NCBI GenBank assembly: GCA_051362555.1
Contig: CM120646.1
Coordinates: forward strand, 1,302,001-1,366,000
Direction: 5' to 3'
Source of the DNA: Lingula anatina
Taxonomy: Eukaryota; Animalia; Brachiopoda
Length of the DNA stretch: 64,000 nt
The notes beneath the pieces are model-generated. The model saw only the letters and a list, made by a program, of their open reading frames with translations. It was not told where the DNA came from and ran no database searches. This document shows positions 14,744-27,252 of the stretch, in pieces; within the stretch, counting starts at the first letter, position 1, and each line of letters begins with the position of its first letter. Made by a program: the position numbers and the translations under genes.

Positions 14744-15231
14744 AGGGGCCCGCACACGGTGAGCATTCGGCGCGCGCCACTTGCGCTGCGTCAGATGCTC
14801 GCGCTCCTCAGCTCCCCGCACACGATGCGCTCTTTGCTCAGCAGAGATGCCTCCCGGCCTGCCCCTATCGGACGCACCGCGAACTGTGGGATCATGTGAT
14901 TAAGGAAACATTACATATTTATTTTTTTTCTGAAAGTAATGGCAAATGGTGACCACGTTAATCAATCAGACTAACTATAACTGTGTACATTTTTGTTTAC
15001 TTCGCTGTTTGTTTCAAGCTACCGGCACATGCGCATTGTAAGCATGGCGTGAGCAATCGGCGCTTGCACCCCGCACACACTGAGCCATTTGCCTCAAGAG
15101 ACCAAAAATATCAAACACGTGAGATATTTTGCTCAGCCGCGCGAGAGGCAAAAATCTCACCAAAATAGTCCCGCACACGATGAGAAAACGGCGCAGCGCA
15201 AGCGCCAATTGCTCACCGTGTGCGGGCCCCT
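14744..15231. mobile_element. PIF/Harbinger-type MITE
   Basis: TIRs AGGGGCCCGCACACGGTGAGCA / TGCTCACCGTGTGCGGGCCCCT with a TAA target duplication on both sides. An uninterrupted relative of the host repeat lies near 59810-60050. Confidence 0.85.
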
Positions 15232-16431
15232 TAACTGAATACAAATGTGAATGTATACAATTTTATATTTTGGTCGTGTGAAATGCACCTCTATAGTGGG
15301 GTTGGGTGTATCCTCTAAATATTCTTATTATTTTAGACCTTTATTGTCACTCAATTCCAGAGTGTGAGGGTAGTGGACGTATGATGGCACCAGTATTATA
15401 CAAAATAGAAGTTAACATCAAATTACATGTCGTTTATTGTTAAACCTTACGGTTTCGATGAAAAAACATGGTCCATGTAAAGTTAATTGTATATTTATTG
15501 TATTTTGTAAATTCATCTTTGCAGATCGAATGTTTCTTAAACTTCCCTTAACTCAGTGAGATAGAACTTTTGGACTCGTCACCTGACAAACACATGATGG
15601 GATCCCACAAAACAAACAGTTTTTATCATAACTTTGTCAAGGAGGGGCGTTACGCAAACATATTATATACAACGAGTGCTGCTACAGCATTAGCAAAGAT
15701 GACATATGTGACCTTGGCCGATTTTCAGTCAACTTTGAAGACGGCGGACTAGTTCCAGAATATGGGGGTGAGGCTTACTTAAAAGTTAATGTTTAACGTG
15801 CTCTAATCTTCCACCTGCCAATAGACATTAAAGATGACACATGCAGTGTAGTTTAAATTAACAAACCCTTGCCTATTTCCTCCGGTGTTGAGGCGAGCAT
15901 TTACCAATACATATACATGCAATGTCTATTAATTGCTTTTGGTAACACGTATTGAACACCACATTGTCAAAGCACCAACCTTAAAAAAAAAATAACACAA
16001 TGAACAAACGAATGTTACTTTGATGCACCAGAACTTTTATCTATACATTATCTATAAAATGATTATCATTACAAAAGTCATAAAAAATCACCTACCCTTA
16101 AAAGTTGATATTTTAAAAAGAATACCCCTCCCCAAGATTTCTATGTTTTTTTTCTATTTTTCTTTTAACAAATTTCATTTCTTTAATTTCTCTGCTTTAC
16201 GTATCTGCGATCGTCAGACACTTCCCTTACCCTTTTTTCTTTTTGTTAGGCAAATTGCTTTATCATAGTTTGTGTTAGAATACAGCCTTATTTTTTAAGT
16301 ATGCTATACGCGTGTGTTGCCCCCCCCCCAAAAAAAAAAAAAAAAAAAAAAAAAAATCCAACTATCATGGAAATTGTTCTTCACAGCGCACTTATATTTC
16401 AAAATACGAAATTGAAAAACAAATCAGTTAA

Positions 16432-16766
16432 AGGGATAATAACTCTTCGTTTTGGCCAAAAAATGAATTTTGCTGGAGTAGACAACAATTTTCCCATACT
16501 TACCAATGGTTAATGAATCCATTTTTACATTCAAAGTTAGTCCCTGGTTTTTTTCTAAAAAGTTTGTTTTTGTTAAAATCTCTTAAGAGATTTTAACAGA
16601 GCATAGCCATCAATGGAAGACACGTGATCTGAAGACAAGCTCAGATATCAGAATAATAGCTATAACTGCTGTTTTTGTGGTAAAACAGAATATATTATAT
16701 TTCTATGAGTTGTTCACAATGTTTTTATTGTGAAATAAAGATATCATACGAAGAGTTATTATCCCT
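16432..16766. mobile_element. Kolobok-like non-autonomous element (TTAA target)
   Basis: TTAA|AGGGATAATAACTCTTCGT ... ACGAAGAGTTATTATCCCT|TTAA. The paralogous segment has the empty site at about 21058. Confidence 0.85.
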
Positions 16767-17189
16767 TTAACTTACGCCCACTGTGAAACGACTGACAGTT
16801 ATGTCAAAGCGGTGGTTTCACAGAGCTTTACGATAAAAATAAGTGTGTTTACTTGTAAAAGGTATGACTATCACAAAGAAAGTGAAATGCCACCCAGAAA
16901 TATATTTTCGTAATAAAACAAATTACTCCAAATCCCAGATCTTACTTGTATAAATTGAACTTCTCTGTACTTCTTTTTCAGATCTTCTTAAATCTTCTGC
17001 TTCCTGCGTAAATACGTCTAATGTAGCCGGTGCCGGCACTTAAAGTGAGTTTGCTTATCGAGATGCGCGATGACAGGGCTTCAATCGAGGGTACCCCTCT
17101 GAGGGCAATCGAGCAATGTCTTGGGGAGATAACGATTATACTGTGCACGGTTGCTGAAAATGATGTATGTATTTCAGCACGCAGGTCAG

Positions 17190-17262
17190 TCGGCGATAAC
17201 TCTGGTCATTTTTCTTGGATGGCTAAGACTGATGTGGAATCAGCTTTCAGGATACCGGAAGT
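17190..17262 (+). mobile_element. Tiny fragment of a DIRS/Ngaro-type reverse transcriptase
   Basis: Translates to FSWMAKTDVESAFRIP, resembling the MAKxDIxSAFRxIP motif of tyrosine-recombinase retrotransposon RTs. It is absent from the paralogous segment at about 21490. Confidence 0.5.
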
Positions 17263-19267
17263 ATGAGCAATGACGACAAACCTTGGCCGATTTTCAGCAA
17301 GATTCAAAGACAGTGGAATAGTTCCAGACCACGGGGCAAGGGTTTCTTGAAAAGTCAATGTATGCCCATTTCTCCAACTTCCGGAAAACATCAAAGATGT
17401 CAGATGAAAAAATCAGTAAATAAAGAAGCCCTAAAGTCGTATTTGTGTTACTAAAGATGTTTATCTTTTTTACACCTTCAAAACGGTAATGCCACTCAAT
17501 TCCATAATGTTAGGGTAGTGGAGGTAAGATAACAAGGCTTTTATATCAAGAATTATATTGTTGTTAAACCTTTACAGGTTCGATGAATAAAACAGCATTC
17601 ATGTACAGTTAATTTTATATTTATCTATTTATTTGTTCATTTATTTTGTAAATTCATCCTTCAATTTTGCAGTTTGAATGTTTTTTTAAACCTCCCTTAA
17701 TTCAGTGAGATATAATTTTGGGGCTCGTCAAATTACAAACACTTGGTGGGATCCCACAGAATACACAGTTTTTTATCACAACTTTGTCAAGAACGAGCGT
17801 TTTGTTACGCAAGCAAATTAAGTACAAAGAGTGCAGCTAGTATATGGGCGAAGATGACATACGTAATCTTTGCCGATTTTCAGTACACTTTGAAGATGGC
17901 GGACTAGTTACAGAATATAACTTTTATAACACGCATTAAACAACACATGAAGTTGTCAGAGCACCATTCTAAAAATAAGACAGTAAACTAAGACACGTGT
18001 TAGGTGCCCCGTTTGTATTTGTGTGACTCAATATCCTGTATAAAGACACTTAGCGTTTTTACACCTTTAAAATTATAAAATCATTTAAATAATAATAATA
18101 AAAAAACATGATGTCGATATGCTTTTCTGTTGTGTTGGCCCAAGTGTTTGGAGAGATATTAAAAAATTAGATTATTTCTAAATACTTTCAAAATGATATA
18201 CAGCATTGATCCCGAGTGCGGTGTTGGGTCTGTATTATAGTTTGCGAGGAGAAATTGCTTTTTTTACCTTTACAAAAGTTCAGTTAAGCACAAAAACCCT
18301 TGATAGCTAAGAAACCTTAAAAAGCCAATAACATAAAAGAATACGAAATCTAATCTAATCAAATCTATACTAAGATAATACTCCCCAGCTACATACAAGA
18401 AAAAACATCTAAATCGTATAATGTGCCTGTCCCATAAACTTGACCCCTGGACCTTTTTGTTGTATTTTTGAGATCTTCATTTCACGGCTTTCAATTCTTT
18501 ACCGTCCTCGACAACATTTACTTTGTTTGAACCATGTTTGACTTAGTCCTTTGCTACAACAACCCCTTATCATCTGCCCGTTGTTCATTTTGCCCTTTAA
18601 TAATCTTGTAAATATACATGTTCCTATTCCATTCAACTTTTATTCAATAAGTTTACTGAAAACTGCGCACAAAGGAGTGGTGAACTAAGCGCTTGGGCAT
18701 ATAACTAGAATAAGATTTTTTTCAAAAATTCTTTTAAATAATAAATCAATATTATCCTACCCAGGCTGAAAAAAGTTCATATCTTAAAATTACGGACAAC
18801 CTGGATGTATTTTTTTTACCAGACTAATGTGAATAGATGTTGTTACTCATTGACCGCTAGGTGGTATAGCTGTCAGGACCCTCTTATATATGTTGGCATA
18901 AACCCCTCCTATCCCTATTCATCAGTATCTGGTGATGGCTGATGTTGATAACCTCTTGTATCTTACTTGGGCCAATGCTGATTTTCTATAGAATACTTTT
19001 ATTATTTCGCAAGGTAAAAATTGCTTTTTTGTCATGACGTCAGATCTATTTGGAGCGAAAATCCCGTCAAGAACATTTTCAATGAATCAGTGAGATTTAA
19101 GAATGCTCCAAGCACTAAAACTGGTCTGTCTATCATTAAATTCCAAATAGACATACAAGAAATAAAAAAAAGTGTTGTCTTACTGATCATCTATAACTTC
19201 TTCATTTTAATATAATTTCACATGTGCTCGATGTTATAACTACCACAAAACACCACAAGGGATATCT

Positions 19268-19432
19268 GGGCCCCGTTACTCAAAAGGATCGCGCATTGCG
19301 ACCGAGCGCAAGCGTCTCGATTCCAAAACTCGCCATTCTCGACCCATATAATATGCCTGTAGCTAATATGCCAATGTAGCCTCCATGTGATATCGCTGTT
19401 CGCAATGCACGATGCTTTCGAGTTACGGGGAC
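19268..19432. mobile_element. Short Harbinger-like MITE
   Basis: Imperfect TIRs GGGCCCCGTTACTCAAAAGGATCGCGCATTGCG / CGCAATGCACGATGCTTTCGAGTTACGGGGAC. It is absent from the paralogous copy at about 9795. Confidence 0.7.
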
Positions 19433-22400
19433 AAGATGTGCATTTGATAGATATGCATTGCTCATTAAAACAACTTACCTTATATGCAAGAGTTCGTCAA
19501 AATGACTATGGAGGCTGTTTTCGATCAGGGTGATGTAAGGGAGATGCAGGCACACATGTTGATATGGCTGGAGCAATAGGAGATTAAGCTGTTATCTGGA
19601 AAAAGAGTAGGTTGTAGTTAGAAATATTTTACGTACAATATCTGTCAGACCTCATACTGCTTTTCTTATTGTGCTACAAAAAAGGTTCTACTTCATTCGG
19701 GTCCAAAAAAGTCCTCAAAGGCCTTCATGTACATGTATATTTTTTTACCGCACTCCAAACAAACAATTTAACTGCAAGCCCAAAGGAATTACATGACAAA
19801 AGATGAGGCAATGTGAGTATGTGAATGTAGTGTGGACGTAAGATGGCACAAGGCTTTTATATTGAGAAGTGAACGTCAAAAATACAAAAAAAAAAAAAAA
19901 AAAAAAAAAAAACATTATTGATATACTTTTACAGGTTCGGTCAGCAAAACGAAACACATGTGAAGTCTAGTTTGTATATTATTATTATTATTATTTTTTT
20001 GTCAATTTAATCTTCAATTTGCAGTTAAACTCTCCTTACTAAGATAATTTTTGACTCGTCACTTGACAAACTCATGGCATTATCCCAAAGTTCCAACAGT
20101 TTTTATCATAACTTTGTCAAGGAGGGGCGTTTTCTTAAACAGACAAATCAAATATCTTGAGTGCAGATAGTTCGAGCAAAGACGACTAACGAGACCTTGG
20201 CCGATTTTCAGTAAGATTCGCAGATAGTGGAATAGTTCTAGCCGATAGGGGCGAGGGTTTCTTTAAAAGTTAACGCTTTCCCTAATCTTCCAACTACCGG
20301 AAAACACAAAACATGTCACATAAATAAGTGAATAAAGTGATATATATTACCTTTTAGGGTGGTACCCACAGAACTTTACGTCCGAGATTGTCTTTATATA
20401 GGTAGAGAATTCATCACAGTGAAAGTGAAAATCATTGCACCCCTGTAAGATAACTTCTAAGTTATGTTTTTCTATAATTTGTATAATTTCATTTTCGTCA
20501 ACCCCTTTGCTATGCATACAGTGACCTTCAAACGGTTTTTTTTACTTTTTAGGCACTCATCAATGCCATAGCTAGTGTAAGAGTACAGCCTTGCTTTCAA
20601 ATAATATGTAATACGCGTGAGCGTCCTAAAGTTTGATTTGTACAACGACCCAAACCCAATATAGAGGACTGTCCCTTTTTTGTAAATTTGTCGGTCAGCA
20701 ACAGAAAACCGTGTTTCCTATTGCATCAAGTACTTGGGTAAGGTAAAATTTTCTGACAATTTTTCTGTTTTTCTAGCCTTCTTTTAACAAATTTCCTTTT
20801 TAATCCCTCTGCTTTACGTGTCTGTGACCATCAGACAATTTACTTACATTTTTTCTTTTTGTTAGGCGAATTTTTATTATCATAGTTTGTATTAGAATAC
20901 AGCCTTGTTTTTTAAGTATGCAATACGCGTGTGTGTTGGCCCCCCCAAAAAAAAGAATAATGATAAAAATAATAATAAATAAACTATCCAACTATCATGA
21001 AAATTGTTCTTCACAACGCACTCATATTTCAAAATGCGAAATTGAAAAACAAGTCAGTTAATTTACGTCCAGTGAAACGACTGATTGTCATTTCAAAGCG
21101 CTGGTTTCACGGAGCTTTACGGAAAATATAAAAGTGTTTTTACTTATAAAAGGTGTGACCATCATAAAGAAAGTGAGGTGCCACCCAGAAATACCCTTTT
21201 GTAATTAAAAAACTACCCCCAGCCTCAGATCTTACATGTTTAAGTTGTACTTTTCTCTACGTCTCTTTCAGATCTTCTTGAATCTTCTGCTTCCTGCGTA
21301 AATACGTCTAATGGAGCCGCTGTCTGCGCTGAGAATGAGTTAGCTTATCGAGATGCGCGATGGCGGGGCTCCAATCGAGTGTACCCCTCTAAGGGCAATT
21401 GAGCAATAGCTAGGGGAGATAACGATTAACTACACTACGCATGGTCACTGAAATTGATATATGTATTCCAGCACACAGGGCAGTCGACAATAGCGCGCGA
21501 TTGGAAAAGTTTGATGTTGTTGTTGTGTGTGTGATCGAGTCCCTTCGATACATTGTAGCTGTTTGAATTTAATGCTGGTAATGACATATAATTACATAGT
21601 CATTACTGTACGCATTGTATCTAGCGTTTACCGGCCAGACTAAATGTATGTCTTTAGTTTTTTAGCACTGTGTCTGTCAGTTAATATGATCTGGGGACCA
21701 CATTAGAGCCGTGACAGACGTCGGCATCTTTAATAATTCAATAATAATATAATAATTATAATTATCAAACACAGAGTCTACAAAGCTGTAATAAATGTTC
21801 GTCTAGCGAGTTTTCTTTTCACAGAAAGCCTAGACATCAGTTTATGTAGCCTTGGGTCGGCTAGTGACCGGTTCAGGTGTGGTATTCCACTGATTGTCAG
21901 TTACCCTTCACAAAAATAAATAAATAAACAAATAAAAAATAAATGAATTAATAAAAGAAAATATATAAAAATGGGCCGGCCTCAAGCAAGTGCATTTGTA
22001 GAAAATATGCAAGTCAAAATTCACGCCCTTTTTTACATTGTTTGTAATGTGTGCTCAGCAGGAAATTCTTCCATTTCTGTCTCAATCCCTTATTGATAAT
22101 AAGCACCATCCCTTCTCTACACTGTTACTGGATATTAGTCTGCCTATCTGTCAGACTCGCCTCTATCTACATTATGTTATGTTTTCATTTTGATTTTCAA
22201 GCACATTGTTTATAATGTGCGCTCAGAAGCAGCATTACTTATCTTAAACGAGAACTTGATAATCACGATATATATATATTTCAATTAACACATCAAACCC
22301 CTCCGATGAAAGGCAAAGTCAATATTTTATTTTGACATGTACTTACCTTATAACTTCAGAATACGCTTATAACAGCACATAAGTTTACATTAAAAAGCGA

Positions 22401-25307
22401 GTTGGCAGTGTGCTCGACTATTGTTCAAAATCTTACCTTACATGCACGAAAAACACCAAACGAAATAACTACAGAGAGCGTCTTCGATCATGGTGGTATA
22501 GGAATATAAATTGATAGGCACGTATAGGTGGCAAATTCCAAGGTCCATGACGACACTGCCCCGCCCCCTGAGTTACATATATGCTACAGAGCATGTTTTA
22601 GCTTTATCAAATATTTGGATAATCAGATGCAATGATCAGCTGACAGAGCGCAATGGGGTGTTTACTTTGTTTAGTTTTATCAGTTGATAAACAGACCCTT
22701 GTCCATATCCTCCGCAGAGGCGATCACATACAAATACATACATGCACATACCCTGGTACAAGGGTAGGTCAACCTTAATTCGTAAACCTTTGTAAACTGG
22801 TTTTTTTAAATTAAACATTTCCATTTCGATAAAGATTGCATTCCCTTAGAATAATTACGCCAGAACCGAGACAATTGTTACTTTACCTTTAATCAGTGCT
22901 AGTCAAATCACGATTTGATATGACGAGCAGAGACAGGGTTATTTGAAGAGAGAGAGGAGGGGGGGGGGGTTCTGCAGATGCGAAGACGACCCTCCCCCTC
23001 TTGGCGTGGGGTTTGGGGCCCGGTGAAAGGGCCTAAAATTTTTGGTCTTTTAGAGGGGAAACGGTGCCATTTGGCAAAGTTTAGAACTGTGATACAGCTA
23101 GTGTGTTTTTTTTTTTAGAAATCGAAGGGGGGGGGGGGCGACGGTCAGGATCCAACTGACACCCCCCTAAATTCGCCACTGTATGGTTAATTATCAGACT
23201 ATGGTCTGATATAAAGTCAGGATATGTTATACGCTAGAAAACTTTTATGTATTCAAATATATAATGAGGATATAAATTATTTTGAAAATGTTCAGTCAAA
23301 AACTTCAAATCATGTCTTCCCCAGGCTAATGTCAATTTGGACAACTTACTATCTCTCTAGCAGTGAGTGCCATATCCGTCACGGGGTTTGACGATCTCAG
23401 TCCTCCACCCTCCCTGAATTCAGCAAGGCTAAAAAAGCATATATGCAGACAATAAAAAGAAAAAAATCAATAACTTTATAAAAAAAATATCTGATTATGC
23501 TGATTTTCACATACTCCTGACTCCTGTTTTATCAACATACAGGGGGGTACAAGTCACTCAGCGAAAAAAAGTGAAACAAAAACATGGTTTGGCAATAAAG
23601 AGGTGGGCAAAAATAAATGGTGCCACTGACAGACAGAAACAGGTCATTGTTAAAAAAAAAACTGCATTGTACCAAAATTAGCCAATCATTAAAGTGGAAT
23701 TTAAACAAATATGTCATTTGACATTAACGGGGTGAACAACATGTTTTGGGCAATGATGGCGACAACATAGTGATCAGAATATTAGCAGACACTTTCAGTG
23801 TCTGTATATAAACAGGAACTTCTATAAACGTCCAAAAGAAGGCTCTGAAACTCACATTTGATTTTCCCTCGTATTTAATAACTTTATGGTGACTACTTAT
23901 TGATTCATCGGTTTTGGATATTCCGTGATAGTTAACAGAAAAGTTTAGAAAATTCCAGAATTAAAATATTTTTCAATTTGATTTTAATGCTCTAGCGAAT
24001 TTAGGGACACTTACAATTTTGGCTTCACAAGGCAGTGGGGATCCAGGTGGTGTTATTTGACAATAGCCCCCACCAGCTGGCCCAGGTCTTCCTCCACCTG
24101 CTGGTCCACAAAACACTGTGCCCTGGAATATGACATGTGAATGCTGATTATAAACAGCACTATTGAAAATATGTTTTGGATGTCACTCACTAAAATGGAT
24201 ATATCAAATACAGCGAAGCATTTCTATTTAATTGCACACTATATGTACGATGTAAGATAACTGAGATATTTTACTGGTTTTTAAAAGCTAAACGAATTAA
24301 GTTGCGTACTTTACATTAGCTATATAGGCGTTGGTTGCGACAACAAAGGCATTATCAACATCAGACCCCGTTTTCTACTCACCAGCAACAGCGCAATAAT
24401 TACAGCTAACAGCAACTTGCCTTCCATTGTAATTACTGTATTGAGCAGGTTCTTGTTTACAAACTGGATAGGGAAATGAACTAATGTGCCAGCTTAAATA
24501 GCCGACTAAACCCGGATCCGAAGCAAGCGGAAATACAGACATATTCATATGACGCGCTGTTAATCAAATCGTCGCACCCTGAACCGCAGAGTTCCTGTAC
24601 CAGGGACTATTTACTACGTATACTACGTTTGAAAAATGTCCCAAAATCAAAACTTTATATCTAAATATCCTCCACAATTACATATACTTATCATTACCAA
24701 TGCAGAAATTTTCAAATGATGAAATGCATCAAATTAAGAATTCGATGTCGATATTTCCTTTAGAGATATCAGAAAGACTGTGCTCGATCGTTCTCAGTGT
24801 TTGGTTAGAAGTTAATTATTTAATCAAAATGTTATATAATTGGCTGTAGCCATTACGCATTTACGCGCAAGATTTTGAATTGCAATATTTTGATTGAATA
24901 GAAGGTCAACCTGGAACTGTACTTAAACTAGCGAAGTTTTGAAAATAACATAAATCTAATATAATCTTATTACATAAAACTCTTTGCATTTTGATGAAAC
25001 AGTTGGCTCACTTTGCCTTTAATCATGACATTATGGTGTCATTTGCGTAATGAGAACGATTGTGTCTTCTACTAAATTTATTCCGGCACGCAGAGCAGGT
25101 GACGATAGCGTACGCTTGGGAAGGTTTGTTGTTGTTGTTGTCTGTGTGAGTCATTATGAGATTTATTTGTATTTCTTGCTGGATATGACCCCGTAATCAA
25201 ACATTGAGAATAAGTACAGCTGTACCTCACTGAAGTCTAACTGAAATCTTGGACTTTGTCTGATACAAATTCATACGTCTTTAGAAGCATTGAAGATTCC
25301 TGTGCTT

Positions 25308-25346
<39 letters not shown>

Positions 25347-26364
25347 TACAAATTAAATAATTAATGACACACTGTGTTCCTTTAAAATACATTGTACCAA
25401 TATAATTTAAACTAGTAAAGCAAAAGTTTTTATAATTTATAATGCATGCGCATGTTATCTAATAGAAAGAACTAAAAACAGTAGGATCATGTTTTAATTC
25501 AAATTTATTCACCACACTCAACTATATTCAATTTAAAATAAAGCATTATATTGGTCAAACAATGCTTCAATATAAACTGGCTGTTCTCTGTCTATTTTCA
25601 TACAGGGAAACCATATGTATGAAAATAACTATTATAATACGTACAGTTATGAAATGTGTTAATCCTATTATTCTCTTTACTTAGTTACTGCCAATTGATT
25701 AGTTTCCATATTATATAATTATCGAAATCTTAAACACTGAACAAAGAAATGACCATGGTAAATATCATATTACACAGGAGGACAATTTTAAAGGTAGATC
25801 GAACATATTGTGAAATCTTACTTGTTGAAGTACTTTCTTGTGGTATAAATCTCGTATAATAATTATCCCTGAAGTGTTCTGTTATGATTTATTTCCTGTC
25901 ATACTACGTATGGCACATTTCATTAAGGAATATAATGCCTTCTGTTAACTTAACTTGCATCTCTCTGAAGATAAAATCAAACCATGTATTATTTTGATAG
26001 ACCAAAAACCCTTACACCCCATTTCCATAGATTAGATCGACCTACTTTAGATCGACCTAACTCCCTGGGGGTTCACGCTAAATAGCTGTCAGCCGGGCGG
26101 ACACGAAAGTTAATTACCCTTTATAGCTTGTAGTAGGCGGGGACGGACACTTAAGGCGGATTATCTGACAGTAATCTGGTGAGACTCCCCGCGGTGATAG
26201 ATCGATCTAAAAGTTGTGAGAACAGCCTTAGTTAACTGATTTTAATACAATATATTATAAACTGCATAAAAATATAAGAAAATGATGTCCCACCACCTGT
26301 AATGTTTCCTCTTATACATGTATATATACAAACATGCACAAACATATGTGTTTATAATAAAAAT

Positions 26365-26830
26365 GTACAATATTTCTCTTGATGCTGCTTTCTGACCGTC
26401 GACTGGTGTTTGTTTCGATGGTAAGAAACATCCCTTCATCAGGCTTATGAATTTCTTAAAGGGATAATAACTCTTCGTATGAGACCTATATTTCACAATA
26501 AAAACCTTGTGAATAACTCATAGAAATATAATATATTCTGTTTTGCCACAAAACAGCAGTTATAGCTTTTATTCTGATATTTGAACTTTAGACCACGTGA
26601 CCTCCATTGATGTCTATACTCTGTTAAAATCTCTTAAGAGATTTTAACAAAAAACCAAACTTTTTAGAAAAAAAACCAAGGACTAACTTTGAATGTAAAA
26701 ATGGATTCATTAATCATTGGTAAGTATGGGGAAATTGTTGTTTACTCCAGGAAAATTAATTTTTTGGCCAAAACGAAGAGTTATTATTGCTTTAAGAAAG
26801 TCCACGTGCGACTGATCCTCAGCCCGCCTT
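26365..26830 (-). pseudogene. Orphan copy of the cGLR C-terminal module, split by a TTAA element
   Basis: Removing 26460-26795 restores AEDQSHVDFLKKFISLMKGCFLPSKQTPVDGQKAASREILY. This is homologous to TEDQSLVELLEKTTSMVKECFSQLKQTPAKEHAGSQKAASKEILY in the 27253-29698 gene. Confidence 0.75.
26460..26791. mobile_element. Kolobok-like non-autonomous element, inverted relative of 16432-16766
   Basis: TTAA flanks, TIRs AGGGATAATAACTCTTCGT / ACGAAGAGTTATTATTGCT, and an internal sequence that is the reverse complement of the 16432 copy. Confidence 0.85.
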
Positions 26831-27252
26831 CATCACAAGTCACTAGTGGTCCTCTCTCCACTCCAGTATGTTCTTTTCACCACAAGCGGTATCAATATAA
26901 TCTGTGACTCGTAGCTTCCTGCTCTAAATAGTCCCAAGACAATTCAATTTAAAATGCTCTGGTCTAAAAACATGCTCAGTTAGAGACCATTCCCACTCTG
27001 AATTAATGACAAATAATAATAATGAAAATAAAAGTAAATAAAAGCTAATAAAATTAAAGTAAGGACATGTCTGTTCATAGTTTATATGGGAAGTTGCCGT
27101 TCTAGTCGGCAGTCATTATCGTTTATAAAGTGCAACAATTCCTGTAGATGGTTCATCGTCATCATCGTCAGATTCGTCCTGTGTAGATTTAATCGAACTG
27201 ATAATAATGTCTGTTTCTGATGGTCACCCTGAACCCCTATTGGTTTTTGTTT

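Larger units (their letters stand above)
7640..22560. repeat. Array of locally duplicated 0.5-2 kb non-coding modules
   Basis: 9500-10850 aligns with 19000-20620, and 16100-17190 with 20740-21490. Further partial copies lie near 7700-8250, 15340-15850 and 17490-17960. Shared anchors include cagtttttatcataactttgtcaaggaggggcg and gcactaaaactggtctgtctatcattaaattccaaatagacatacaagaaa. Confidence 0.8.
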
